Origin: a virus
Lineage: Duplodnaviria; Caudoviricetes
Length of the DNA: 28,017 bases
Strand: one strand, 5' to 3'
Virus record (IMG/VR): IMGVR_UViG_3300020337_000013
Location: 1-28,017 of that record
How positions within the stretch are numbered: the stretch's first letter is position 1; each line of letters opens with the position of its first letter. Positions 1 to 10,100 of this stretch are shown here, in pieces. The translations under genes were made by a program, and so were the position numbers. The notes below the pieces were generated by a model. The model made no database searches and was not told where the DNA came from. It was given only the letters and a program-made list of their open reading frames with translations.

Positions 1-452
1 GGTGCAGTATATGTAAATGGTGATACTTCATTATTAGAAGTTCCACCACCATCTGTTGACTCATTATCATTAAAAGTACCATCATTATGCCAAAATGCTT
101 GTATATCTGTTGTTGCTGGAACTGGACCCACACCACCATTTGAATAAAAGTTTGAATAAGTAGGTAAAAATGACTCTTGATTATCAAATTGTTGATTTGA
201 ACTTTCTGTCGTATCTACACCACTTTCATCTTTAAATTCATCAACAACTCCATCAACTAAATTAAAAACAGTTAAACCATCTCTAACTGCCATTTGAAAT
301 CCAATCAATCCTATATTGAATGCATTGTCATTTATTAATGCAGTATCAACTCCAGTTATCTGACTATCTGGTATGCTAGTTGTAGGACTAAAGTCTGCGT
401 TGACTACAGAACTATCTTTAATATTTGAAGATTTTATTTTTGTTATACTCAT
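1..452 (-). CDS. 5' part of a putative tail fibre/virion protein, paralog of 457..2163; runs off the left edge
   Basis: Manual translation from ATG at 452: MSITKIKSSNIKDSSVVNADFSPTT...FNIGLIGFQMAVRDGLTVFNLVDGVVDEFKDESGVDT..., open to base 1; N-terminus clearly homologous to the 568-aa neighbour; not in ORF track. Confidence 0.85.
   Translation of the reverse strand, partial: MSITKIKSSNIKDSSVVNADFSPTTSIPDSQITGVDTALINDNAFNIGLIGFQMAVRDGLTVFNLVDGVVDEFKDESGVDTTESSNQQFDNQESFLPTYSNFYSNGGVGPVPATTDIQAFWHNDGTFNDNESTDGGGTSNNEVSPFTYTA
250..278. repeat. 29-bp exact direct repeat, copy 1 (CCATCAACTAAATTAAAAACAGTTAAACC); copy 2 at 1961..1989
   Basis: Identical sequence in both paralogs encoding GLTVFNLVDG. 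Confidence 0.9.
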
Positions 453-456
453 TTAT

Positions 457-2163
457 TTACGCCCATTGCAGTGATACACCATGGATTTTATTTGTATCAG
501 TTAATGATGAACCTACTATTTTCCATCTAAGTTGTACTTGAGGACTAGCAGTTCCTGTAAGTGGTGTACTACCAGTATATATCTTCGTACCAGATGAACC
601 ACTAACATAACCTGTATCAGTTAAAGTTACAGCATCAAATGTTGTGTTATCTCTAGTGACAGATGTAGTAATGTCGGTATTTAAATCGTCAGTTAGTTCA
701 GCAAATAAAACTATTCTAGCTGTAGTTGGAGTTGAGTTTGCAGTAAAAGTATCAGATATTAAAGTTAAAGATGTACTTGCTACTGCACCTTGTAATTCTT
801 TAACAATAACAATACCTGGACCACCATCACCACCAACAGCACCACCTGCAGGAACTGGAGAAGGAGTTGTACTATCACCACCACCGCCGCCGCCACCAGT
901 ATTAAGTTGTCCTGGTAAACCTGGAAACCAATTTGCGTTACCATATGGAGTTAAATTTACTGCACCTCCACCAAAAGGTTCTGATGGGCTTGGTTTTGGT
1001 GTTCCATTTGTTCCAACACCATCACCCCCACCAGCGTATCCTACTGAAGTACTACCATCTGCAATATTATATGATAATCCTATACCACCTGCACCACCTT
1101 GGTCACCAGGTGGTGAAGTATCTCCACCTTCAGCTCCTGCACCTCCACCCCCACCAGATGCACCCTCACCTCTATTGTTATCAACATTAGCTGGTTGTAC
1201 TAATCCTCCGTGATTACCAAAAGCACCAGGTGAATTAACTGGTAATACTGAAGGAGTTAAAGGAATAGGATGATTTGTAAGTTGAGTGTGGTCATTAAAA
1301 GGTGAGTGCTGTACTGTTGTTCTAAAATAAGGGCTACCACTACTGCCTGCACCACCACCACTTCCGCCTTCTCCATAAGCACCAACAAGATTAGTACCAT
1401 ATGATGGGTGAATTGATTGTGATAAATAACCACCACCTGCTCCTCCACCTTCGCCAATTAAAGGACCAAAAGACGAGTCACTTCCCTTTTCACCTGGAGA
1501 GTATAATGAACGAACAGGAGCTGGTAGAGAGGGATTAGTATATCCACCAACTTCACCTGTACCACCAGTACTAGGATTAAGTGGAACTGCAGCTTCGTAT
1601 GGTGCTGGACCTCCACCCTTTCCACCAGTGCCAACAGTTATTGCAACTGTACCACCAGGTGTTACTGGATAATTAGGATAATAAATTAAACCACCAGCAC
1701 CTCCGCCACCACCTTGAGTATCGTTGTAACCACCAGCACCACCACCGCCACCGCCACCAACAATTAGAACATTAACAGAGGTAACTCCTGGTTCTACAGT
1801 ATATGTTGATGGACCTGTTGAGGTAAAAGAAAATATATCTTGAGTTGGTGGTGAAGTTCCAATATTTTCATTTTTATAAAAATCTGAAGAGTTATCATAT
1901 GTTGCATTATTATTCTCTGCAGTATCAATTCCTGTTTCATCATTAAACTCATCAACTACACCATCAACTAAATTAAAAACAGTTAAACCTTCATTGACTG
2001 CCATCTTGAAACCAAGAACACCTATATTAAAATTATTTGTGTCTATTTGTGCAATATTTCCACCAGAAATTTTATCTGAAGTTATTGCTGCAGTTGGACT
2101 AATATCTACAGCTGCTATCGTGTTATCAGCAATGTCTGAAGTTTTGATTCTTGTTCGTGACAT
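457..2163 (-). CDS. Glycine-rich tail fibre / receptor-binding-like virion protein (568 aa)
   Basis: N-terminal module shared with the downstream paralog, central Gly/Pro-rich domain (VLIVGGGGGGG...YAGGG...NTGGGGGGG...GGPGIVIVK) typical of marine phage Gly-rich fibre domains, distinct C-terminal domain. Confidence 0.7.
   Translation of the reverse strand: MSRTRIKTSDIADNTIAAVDISPTAAITSDKISGGNIAQIDTNNFNIGVLGFKMAVNEGLTVFNLVDGVVDEFNDETGIDTAENNNATYDNSSDFYKNENIGTSPPTQDIFSFTSTGPSTYTVEPGVTSVNVLIVGGGGGGGAGGYNDTQGGGGGAGGLIYYPNYPVTPGGTVAITVGTGGKGGGPAPYEAAVPLNPSTGGTGEVGGYTNPSLPAPVRSLYSPGEKGSDSSFGPLIGEGGGAGGGYLSQSIHPSYGTNLVGAYGEGGSGGGAGSSGSPYFRTTVQHSPFNDHTQLTNHPIPLTPSVLPVNSPGAFGNHGGLVQPANVDNNRGEGASGGGGGAGAEGGDTSPPGDQGGAGGIGLSYNIADGSTSVGYAGGGDGVGTNGTPKPSPSEPFGGGAVNLTPYGNANWFPGLPGQLNTGGGGGGGDSTTPSPVPAGGAVGGDGGPGIVIVKELQGAVASTSLTLISDTFTANSTPTTARIVLFAELTDDLNTDITTSVTRDNTTFDAVTLTDTGYVSGSSGTKIYTGSTPLTGTASPQVQLRWKIVGSSLTDTNKIHGVSLQWA
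1961..1989. repeat. 29-bp exact direct repeat, copy 2; copy 1 at 250..278
   Basis: Direct sequence comparison. Confidence 0.9.
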
Positions 2164-2167
2164 ACAT

Positions 2168-2974
2168 TTATCTCTGATACCTTGCTGTTACTACATCACC
2201 GTCAGAGAGTGCTGATGCAAAAGTTACAGTTGTTCCAGAGATAGTGTAAGCAGATGAAGGTATTTGCATGACACCATTGATGTGAATGAATACATCATTT
2301 GCTAAAACCTCGTGAGTTAAAGTCATTGTTGTTGTTGAACTACCACTTATTGTAACAGTATCTAAAACATAACCTGTACCTCTTCGTGTAGATGTTTTAA
2401 TACCTAAATCTCTTACTTCTATTTCAGCTGAAGAAGCAGGTGCAGAAGTAAATGTAATTGTCGTCCCAGAAACTCCGTAGTTAGCACCAGGTTTCTGTAC
2501 GATACCATCAATCGTAACTAAAAGTGAATTACCAGAAGATGCTGCTTCTGATAAAGTGAATGCTGTTGTTGAACCATCACCAGTGAATTCATTTAATGTA
2601 AAAGTTTTTAAAGTATCCACTAACATACTTGCGGTAATTGAATTAGCAGCAATACCTGTTTTTTCTGTACCTGGACCTAAACCTTTGTGAATAATATATA
2701 TTTCATCACTTGAAGCTAATGCTTCTGAAAACTCTAGTATTTTTGGAATACCACTTGCATCATCTTTGATAAAGTAAGCAACATCAGGTTCTTGTCTAAT
2801 ATTGTTAACGAAAACTTCTACATTTGATGCATTTAATCCTGGTACTTCTCTAGACAATACTAAAGAATTAGCAATACTATTATTTGTACCAGTATCAGAC
2901 CCTACGAAATCTTCTTTTGCAAATGTGTTTGCAGGAACATTAAGAAAAGGTCTGCCAATATATGAGTCAGACAT
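2168..2974 (-). CDS. Virion structural protein with three ~65-aa beta-repeat domains (268 aa)
   Basis: Three copies of F.GDGSTTAFTL...V.I(D/N)G..Q.P...Y.(V/I)SGTT(I/V)TF..A....I(E)VR-type units, common in marine phage tail/baseplate proteins. Confidence 0.7.
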   Translation of the reverse strand: MSDSYIGRPFLNVPANTFAKEDFVGSDTGTNNSIANSLVLSREVPGLNASNVEVFVNNIRQEPDVAYFIKDDASGIPKILEFSEALASSDEIYIIHKGLGPGTEKTGIAANSITASMLVDTLKTFTLNEFTGDGSTTAFTLSEAASSGNSLLVTIDGIVQKPGANYGVSGTTITFTSAPASSAEIEVRDLGIKTSTRRGTGYVLDTVTISGSSTTTMTLTHEVLANDVFIHINGVMQIPSSAYTISGTTVTFASALSDGDVVTARYQR

Positions 2975-2982
2975 TTTGTTTC

Positions 2983-3576
2983 CTAAGTTACATCTTCAAG
3001 TATTGATGCTATTGCATCCACTGTGCCAGCTGATGCGTAACATAATATTTTATCATCATTATTTAATACAACTTTTTGTCCAGAAATAACTTTTAAAGTT
3101 GAAGAAACTGGAATAGGTGCATCTTTAATAATATGATATGCTTTGTAAATAACAATAGTTCCTGCAGCAGTTCCGTCTGCTGCACTTGAATTTTGTGCAT
3201 ATGTAAATGTGTTAGCACCAGTTACTGTTACTTTGTAAATTCCATTAACATAATTTGTTGTAGAACCAGTTACATTCACATATTGTCCTGTTGTTAATCC
3301 GTGACCTGTACAAGTAACTGTTGCAGTGTCAGAAGAAGACACCACACTAGTTATAGTACCAATAGTTGCACTTGTATCTTGAACATATGCAGTATATGAC
3401 ACAACTTGGTTTCCAGTATTAGATGCGTCTAATTCAATAAGAACAGAATTAACACCAGAACCATTGTTTGCAGTATAAACAGCTTGTGGGCCTGTTGCAG
3501 AATCTGTTGCATCTGATTGATAATATTCACCAGCAGAAGTAACACTTACGAATGAATTTTTAAAATTATTAGCCAT
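2983..3576 (-). CDS. Small virion structural protein with an inserted HGL beta domain (197 aa)
   Basis: MANNFKN start and IIKDAPIP.SSTL.VISGQKVVL...D...SILE end match a common marine phage small structural family; internal TATVTCTGHGLTTGQYVNVTG...NGIYKVT...NTFTY domain. Confidence 0.65.
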   Translation of the reverse strand: MANNFKNSFVSVTSAGEYYQSDATDSATGPQAVYTANNGSGVNSVLIELDASNTGNQVVSYTAYVQDTSATIGTITSVVSSSDTATVTCTGHGLTTGQYVNVTGSTTNYVNGIYKVTVTGANTFTYAQNSSAADGTAAGTIVIYKAYHIIKDAPIPVSSTLKVISGQKVVLNNDDKILCYASAGTVDAIASILEDVT

Positions 3577-3592
3577 ATTTGTTTCTCTCTAG

Positions 3593-3600
3593 TATTTATC
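3593..3600 (-). promoter_or_regulatory. Putative T4-type late promoter variant (GATAAATA)
   Basis: 7/8 match to TATAAATA, 16 nt upstream of ATG at 3576, overlapping the upstream stop codon. Confidence 0.45.
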
Positions 3601-3937
3601 CTAATGCAACAGCCATTGCAATAGAAAATCCTGTTGTTGTTGCAGCTGTTGTTTGTGTAGTTCCATCAGCATAAGTTATTCCACTACTACTAAATGTCAA
3701 TCCAGCAAAAGTAGAAGTACCAGCGAATGTATTATTACCAGTAAAAGCAATATTGGCAGTTCTGTCAAATGCATTTGTATTTAATACAACGATAGCTTCT
3801 ACAATGTCAGTTGATGAAGCAATCAAACCTGTTGCAGCTTTCAAATCTGCAATATCACCAACATCTTCTGCAGTAGAATTATAGGTTGTTCTAAAGAGTT
3901 CAAAAGTATCACTTGCTGCTATGCTTCTATCTGCCAT
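3596..3937 (-). CDS. Short fibre-like virion protein (113 aa)
   Basis: N-terminal DTFE.FR..YN motif of T4-like fibre proteins; C-terminal TTGFSIAMAVALG motif common in marine phage tail proteins. Confidence 0.6.
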   Translation of the reverse strand: MADRSIAASDTFELFRTTYNSTAEDVGDIADLKAATGLIASSTDIVEAIVVLNTNAFDRTANIAFTGNNTFAGTSTFAGLTFSSSGITYADGTTQTTAATTTGFSIAMAVALG

Positions 3938-4160
3938 TTTCTCTCTCTAGTAATTGTTTCATCATTGATTTCATTTCATGCATTTCTGATTTAATAGTAT
4001 TTATCTCTCTGACTGCACCTCTTAACTCATCTCTTTGTCTTTGAGCTTCGTGTCTGATTTTTTTACTTCTTTCATACGCATCAAAATCTGTACTAATAAT
4101 AGCCTTTGAATAAGTTTCTCTTACTAAATGGTCTTTATCTTTTACTTTTATTTCTGACAT
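3927..4160 (-). CDS. Conserved hypothetical coiled-coil protein (77 aa; likely start MSEIKV at 4160)
   Basis: KVK...LVRE..SKAII.TD...Y followed by heptad pattern; follows the VrlC-like gene; start moved from 4178 to avoid overlap. Confidence 0.7.
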   Translation of the reverse strand: MSEIKVKDKDHLVRETYSKAIISTDFDAYERSKKIRHEAQRQRDELRGAVREINTIKSEMHEMKSMMKQLLERENGR

Positions 4161-4164
4161 AAAA

Positions 4165-7100
4165 TTAACCTGTTGCAACTACTCTTAATCTTTTAATAAT
4201 TGGTGGATTAGTAGTATCTGTACCTCTCATTCTAATTTTTATTTGAAATGCTGTAAAGTCTGATAAATCTTTTGCACTATATTCGTGTTCTATAAAATCA
4301 TCTCTTGTGGTTGAAGAGTTTGTAGTTACATCTGTTGAACCATCACCATTGAAATATGTGTAACCAATATCATTAAAGTCAGATGAATCATCTGTTCTTA
4401 ATATTTTAAACATTAAATCAATATTTGCACTTGAGTGTCTAACAGCATCAAGTTTAACATTTAATTGATTTGCAGGTGTCTTCAACTGTACTTGTCTTGT
4501 TAGATAAATTGCTTCTAAACTATCACCTTCTGGTTCAGTTGCTTCAACAAAACTTGCAGCTGGATATACATCACTTGAGCTGGTAATATTATCCATTCTA
4601 TGAGTAACGGTTGCTATAGATGTTTTATCTAAATCTATAACTGGTGATAAGTTTTCGTGTTCTGAAGACATAGTAATAGTTAAGAAAAATGATTTAGATG
4701 AATTTAATTCATTTAATTCATTAGGCTCTGAACATACCATTCTTGGCACATCAAAATAATAGTTTCTACCTAATGCAACTGGTTTAGTTTTTGATGTAGG
4801 TGTCAAGTTAAATGAAGTTTGAGTACCTGAAGGAGACCTTGCAGTTGTAGTTCTTATGTTTGTAGTAATTCTAGTTCCTGGATATTCTACATTGGAAACA
4901 AATGGTTTCATAAGATCCATCATTGCATTCTCTGTAGCTACAACTGATTTACCACCAAACTTTTCACTAGCAGTAGAGGCTGTACCAGTAGTTGCAGTAA
5001 CACCAGTTGATGCTGGTGTGTTAGCGGTAGTAATAGTATATGAATCAATATTAATATTACCAATAGATGTGTGTGTTTTATTAATTTGGTCTAATGGTAT
5101 TCCTTGTATTTGATACAACTCAACTGCTGCACCTGCAGCGTGTGATGCGGCACCACTAGCTGGTCTTGTAATACCAGAGATAGTTGTTCCAGATATAGTA
5201 CCTGTTACAATTTCTGCGTCTTGTGTTCTACCAAATTCATCTCTAGGTCTACTTATTTTAATTCTAACAGAACCACTACTTGGAAAACCAGTAGAGGATG
5301 TTAATACTATACTTGTTGCTGATTCTGATATTGCTGCAGATAATGTTGAAGATACTCCAGAAGATACACCACTAATTTTTACATTATTTGTACTTTGATA
5401 CATTTGATGATTTCTGTGATTAACCTTTATTACTTGTGAACTAGCAAGTGATTCTAATGGATTTTCTTTTAATGTTTGTGTTTCAACAGGTTCATTAACC
5501 AATACTAAATTAGAAGTTTTAGAAGTGTCAAATTTTGCTCTGTAAAGTCTGAATTTAAAATCTTCATCTTGATATGCAGTCCAAGTTCTATTATTTTGTG
5601 ATTTAAACATTGCACCAATATATGGTTGGTCATTTACAATCGTACCTGATTCAATATCGGCATTACCTAATTTAGAAATGAACATTTTATATTCTCTAGA
5701 ATCTGATTTAACAACTAGAGCATATTCTTTATGGTCTGAAACATATACTGGTCCAGGAAAATGGAATGTTGTTGCAACTGAAGCATCTTCTGATACATTT
5801 ACATCTTCTGGTTCTAAAGTTTTAGAGGCTAATGGTAACATTTTTTCTGTAGGATATCCATCAACCATTTCTCTTATCATTACTGTGATTGGTACACCAT
5901 CTGGGTCTACTTGAGAAAAGAATAAATCAGCTTTTGTAATAAATTCACCACCAACACTATCAACTAAGAAAGATTGAGCTAATGGGTCCCAAGGTTGAAT
6001 TAGTGTTCTACCTCTTCTAGAAAACTGTCTGGCTTCAAAAACTTCTTCTTGCCACACTTCACCATTTCTTGTTCTTGTTACTGTTTCTTCAACTGTATTT
6101 AAAAATCCTCGTGCTTCGTATATTGCTTGTGCGTATGTTTCAACACCTTCATTATTTACATCATCTGCTTCATTTATTCTAGAAGAAGTTAATCTAAATA
6201 ATCTTTCACCTGTTTTAAATGCAGGGTTACCTGGGGCAGTAGGGTCAGGTATTTGAAATACACCACTAATTTTACCAGTTGGTCCTGTTATGAAAACACT
6301 ACCATCTTCACCAGGTGGTAATAGTTTTCGTACTTTTCCACTTTCTGGTTCTTGAGTTCTAGGTCCTGTAAATATATTCATTGTGAATTGTAATACAGAA
6401 TCTCTCATATCTTCTTGTCTACCAATATTACCAGGAGTAACTGCACCTTCTTGAGGTTCAGTAGCATTAGGGTCAAATATTGCTTCACTAGGATTAATTA
6501 AGTTTTGGAATTGAACAACAGAACCAAATTGTCGTAAGTCTATAGATGTGGTTCCATCAGTATCAAAAAGTTGAACACCAAATAATCTGTGACCTGCACA
6601 AGTGTGTATTGGGTCTATTTTTCTAGATATTTGTATTCTGAAAAATTTCTCACCAAAGAAATTAGGTGTTAATGGTCCCTCTACAGAACCAGCAAATTCG
6701 TATTCATAAATTGCTGTGCTTCCTGCAGCAATTTCAATCGTTTGGTGATTTGAAAATTGTCCTGCATAACTAAAACCGTTTTCTGTATCAGAACTTAATA
6801 TTTCTGCAATATAATCATTTGCTTGGTCTGTATTATCATAACCAAATCTTATTTTACCAATACTTGTCCAATTTGGAGTTGCAGGTAATGTTATCTCTGT
6901 TAATGAACCACCTGGTGTACCAGCATCTGGAGTACAGAAATTACCAACATAACTTCTATCAAAGAAAGGATAAACTCTTGTCTTTGATTTCATTTTAGAA
7001 GCTCTAAATGTAACATTTCTAGAACGAATAAATGGTACTACATCTCTACTAATAATTTCTGAACCAACCACTCTATGATTGAATACATCTGTTACTAATG

Positions 7101-10100
7101 TCCTAGTTCCAGACCTTACTTGGTCTACTAATACTTGTTCCCAAAGTCCACCTCTACCTGGGCCACTAGTTGTTGTACCAGATACTATTTCTGAAAGTGT
7201 TTGCCAAGAGTTCCACATTGTACCTAAAATATCTTCACCACCTGCAGCTTGTAAAATCTGATCATAGTTACCTTCTTCATTTAAAAGAATAGATGGTATC
7301 TTATTTACTTCAAACCATTCATCACCCGATGGGTCAAGTTCTAAGACTCCTGTGTAGGAATAAAAGTAAGCAGACTGTACACTCTCATCTTGAGTTGCAA
7401 ATTTGTTCTCTACAGACACTTCACTTTCATATGGTAGTGTGTAAATATCGTGAGTCTTTTGATATCCATCTGCAGTTCTAGCAGCTGTAGTAGTGTTCTG
7501 CTCTGTTAGCGAAACATTCTTCATATTAAATTTTGGTCTAAGTGTTTTATTTTCGTAATCAATAGAGCAACTATAATCTTGGTGAGTAACATCACCAGTT
7601 TTATGACCTGTAAAGTTATCTACTACAAAACCCGATTTAAATCTATTCAAACCATTTGCATCAAGAACTTGAAAATTCTCTGTTTCAGCTTCTAATAAAT
7701 TAAGTGTCGTATAATCTTCTAATCTCTGAATTCTATTTTCTAATCTACCGATATCTCTCATTGTATATCTTTGATTCTTTTCTAAGAACATTTTTACATC
7801 TTGTTCAGAGTCTTTCACATAAGGTTGTAATTCTATATCTGCAATTTTCATTGCCTCTGATTCTGATAATGTTTTAGGAAACTCTGCTAGTTCTAATTCT
7901 GTTGCTAGACCTTGTTTCAAAACAAACTCTTTATCTTTTGTTAAGAACAAGCTATCTTTTCTACCTACATAAAAATCTAAATCATATTGAAAATTAGAAT
8001 TGTCTTCAGGTATGTTTGTTACAACTGCACCACCAGCTGTAAAATTTCTGTAATTAAAACTAAAAGAAAAACTAGTTACTTTATCTACATCTAAACTCTG
8101 AACTGCAGTTGTAAATGTAGTGCTTACATCTCTAGTTTCACCTAGAGTAGGTCTAAAATCAATAGCATCGTGTAATAAGAAACGACCTCTAGGTTGTCTT
8201 TGTTCTGTATCTATTCTTGTGGCAGTATATGTTGGTATTGATTCATAATCAATAGTTGAATATGAGTCAACAGTAAAGAAAGGCCCAGATGAATGAGAAA
8301 AGAAATCACCAACTATTAATAATTTACCAACAGGTGCATCTCTATGTGCTTTTCTTACAATTCTTGATACATCATAAAATGAATCTCTCATACCGTCATC
8401 TAAAACATATTCACTAGTCACAACATTATCACCAGCAGTAATAGTTGTTGCTACACCAGTTGCACCACTTGTTTGTCCTGTAAATGTTTCACCAGCACTA
8501 AAATCTGTTGTGGATAATAACACATAAAAGAAATTAGAAGGGCCCGTGGTTACAAGTTCACCAAGTGCACCAGAACTAGCACCTTTAATTTTTTCACCTT
8601 TAGTAAATGTGCCTGAAGAAACATTACCAGTAATTTTTGGAACTAATGGGTCAGTAGAAGCATCTATTGATTCATAAATTGCTCTGATTCTAAAATAGTC
8701 TGGTCTACCTAATGAAATTTCGTGATGATGAGCTGATGAACCATAAGCTGCACCACCGGCAACACCATCATTATCTACAAGAACTAAATTACAAGGATTG
8801 TGTGTTTTATTTTTTTGTTGTTGAGTTACAGCAGTTAAAGTTGCTGTAATTTTAACATCAATATCATCAGTATCAAAAACTGCAGCATCTGTAAATGTTA
8901 ATGTTTTATTACCGCCAGATAATACACCACCTAAGTCTTCAACATCAAGTACATCTCCAGCATTAACAGCAGAAGAGGTACCTTTAGCCATAACACTTAC
9001 TGTATATTTTGTATTAGCTACAGCATTAAATGTTTCATTTGTACCACAAGTTATTGATATAGCATTACTGTTTGAGCGTGTTTGAAATTGTTTTATAAAT
9101 GTATATGAAGTTTGTGATTCACCATTGTTATCTTCAGTTAACATTGCTTTAGCATATTTTTTAACTGTTTTTCTAATTAAAATATTTTTATTGGTATCAT
9201 TAATCTTTGTTCTTGTTCTAACTGCAGGAACTAAAGTAACAGGATTTGAAATTAAAATAATTGAACCGCCAGCAGATGGAGTAGAAACTCCAGAATTTAC
9301 AGGATATGTGGCTGTATCATTACCAGTTCTTGTTATCGTTGCTCTACCATTGAAACCATTTTCTGCGTGTCCTTGAAATACGACAGTTCTTGTTGAACTA
9401 CCGCCACCACTAATAACTGTACCTGAAGATGCAGTAAAGGCTGCTGTTGAGGTAAATGTTGCTGTAGAACTAGCCCTTGATGTGTTAGTTGTTAACGCTA
9501 CAGAACCACCTTCAACACAATAATATTTTGCTGTAGTATTATCAGTTACACTCTCAATAACAATTTTCTCAACTGCATTACCACTTCCAGTTGGAACTTC
9601 TATAACATCACCAGCTTTTAATTCAGTATTAAATAAAGTATTTGTTCCACTAAGAACATCTGTTCCTCTTTCTAAAGAAATAGTACCTGTAAGTGTAAAT
9701 CTTGCTTCTTGAACACAATCTGCAGTAAAATCTAAAATACTACCTGCAGTATCATCCATATACATTTGTTTAACACTACTAACATCAAAAGTTTTAACTG
9801 CACTAATTGTTAAGTCTGTACCTGAACCAGCAGACGCATTATCATCAACTAACTCGTCAGTAGCCCCGCAAGAAGTTGATTTGATTTTTTCACCACTTGT
9901 AAATATACCACTAACATTTGTTAAATAAATATATTGACTACCTACATTATGAACAAATCCGATTGCACCTGAATTTGCACCTGTAACTTTTGCACCATAA
10001 CTTGGTGATGCACCTAATTGACCAGTACCAGGAGTGCCACTTAATTGTAACTCAGTAAACATTTTGATATCAAATAATCCAACATTAAACTCTGAATCGT

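Noticed and set aside
644-1213. Plus-strand Pro-rich 189-aa ORF and the other plus-strand ORFs in the track
   Set aside because: Antisense shadows of minus-strand genes (Gly GGT codons read as CCA/ACC); no RBS or promoter support
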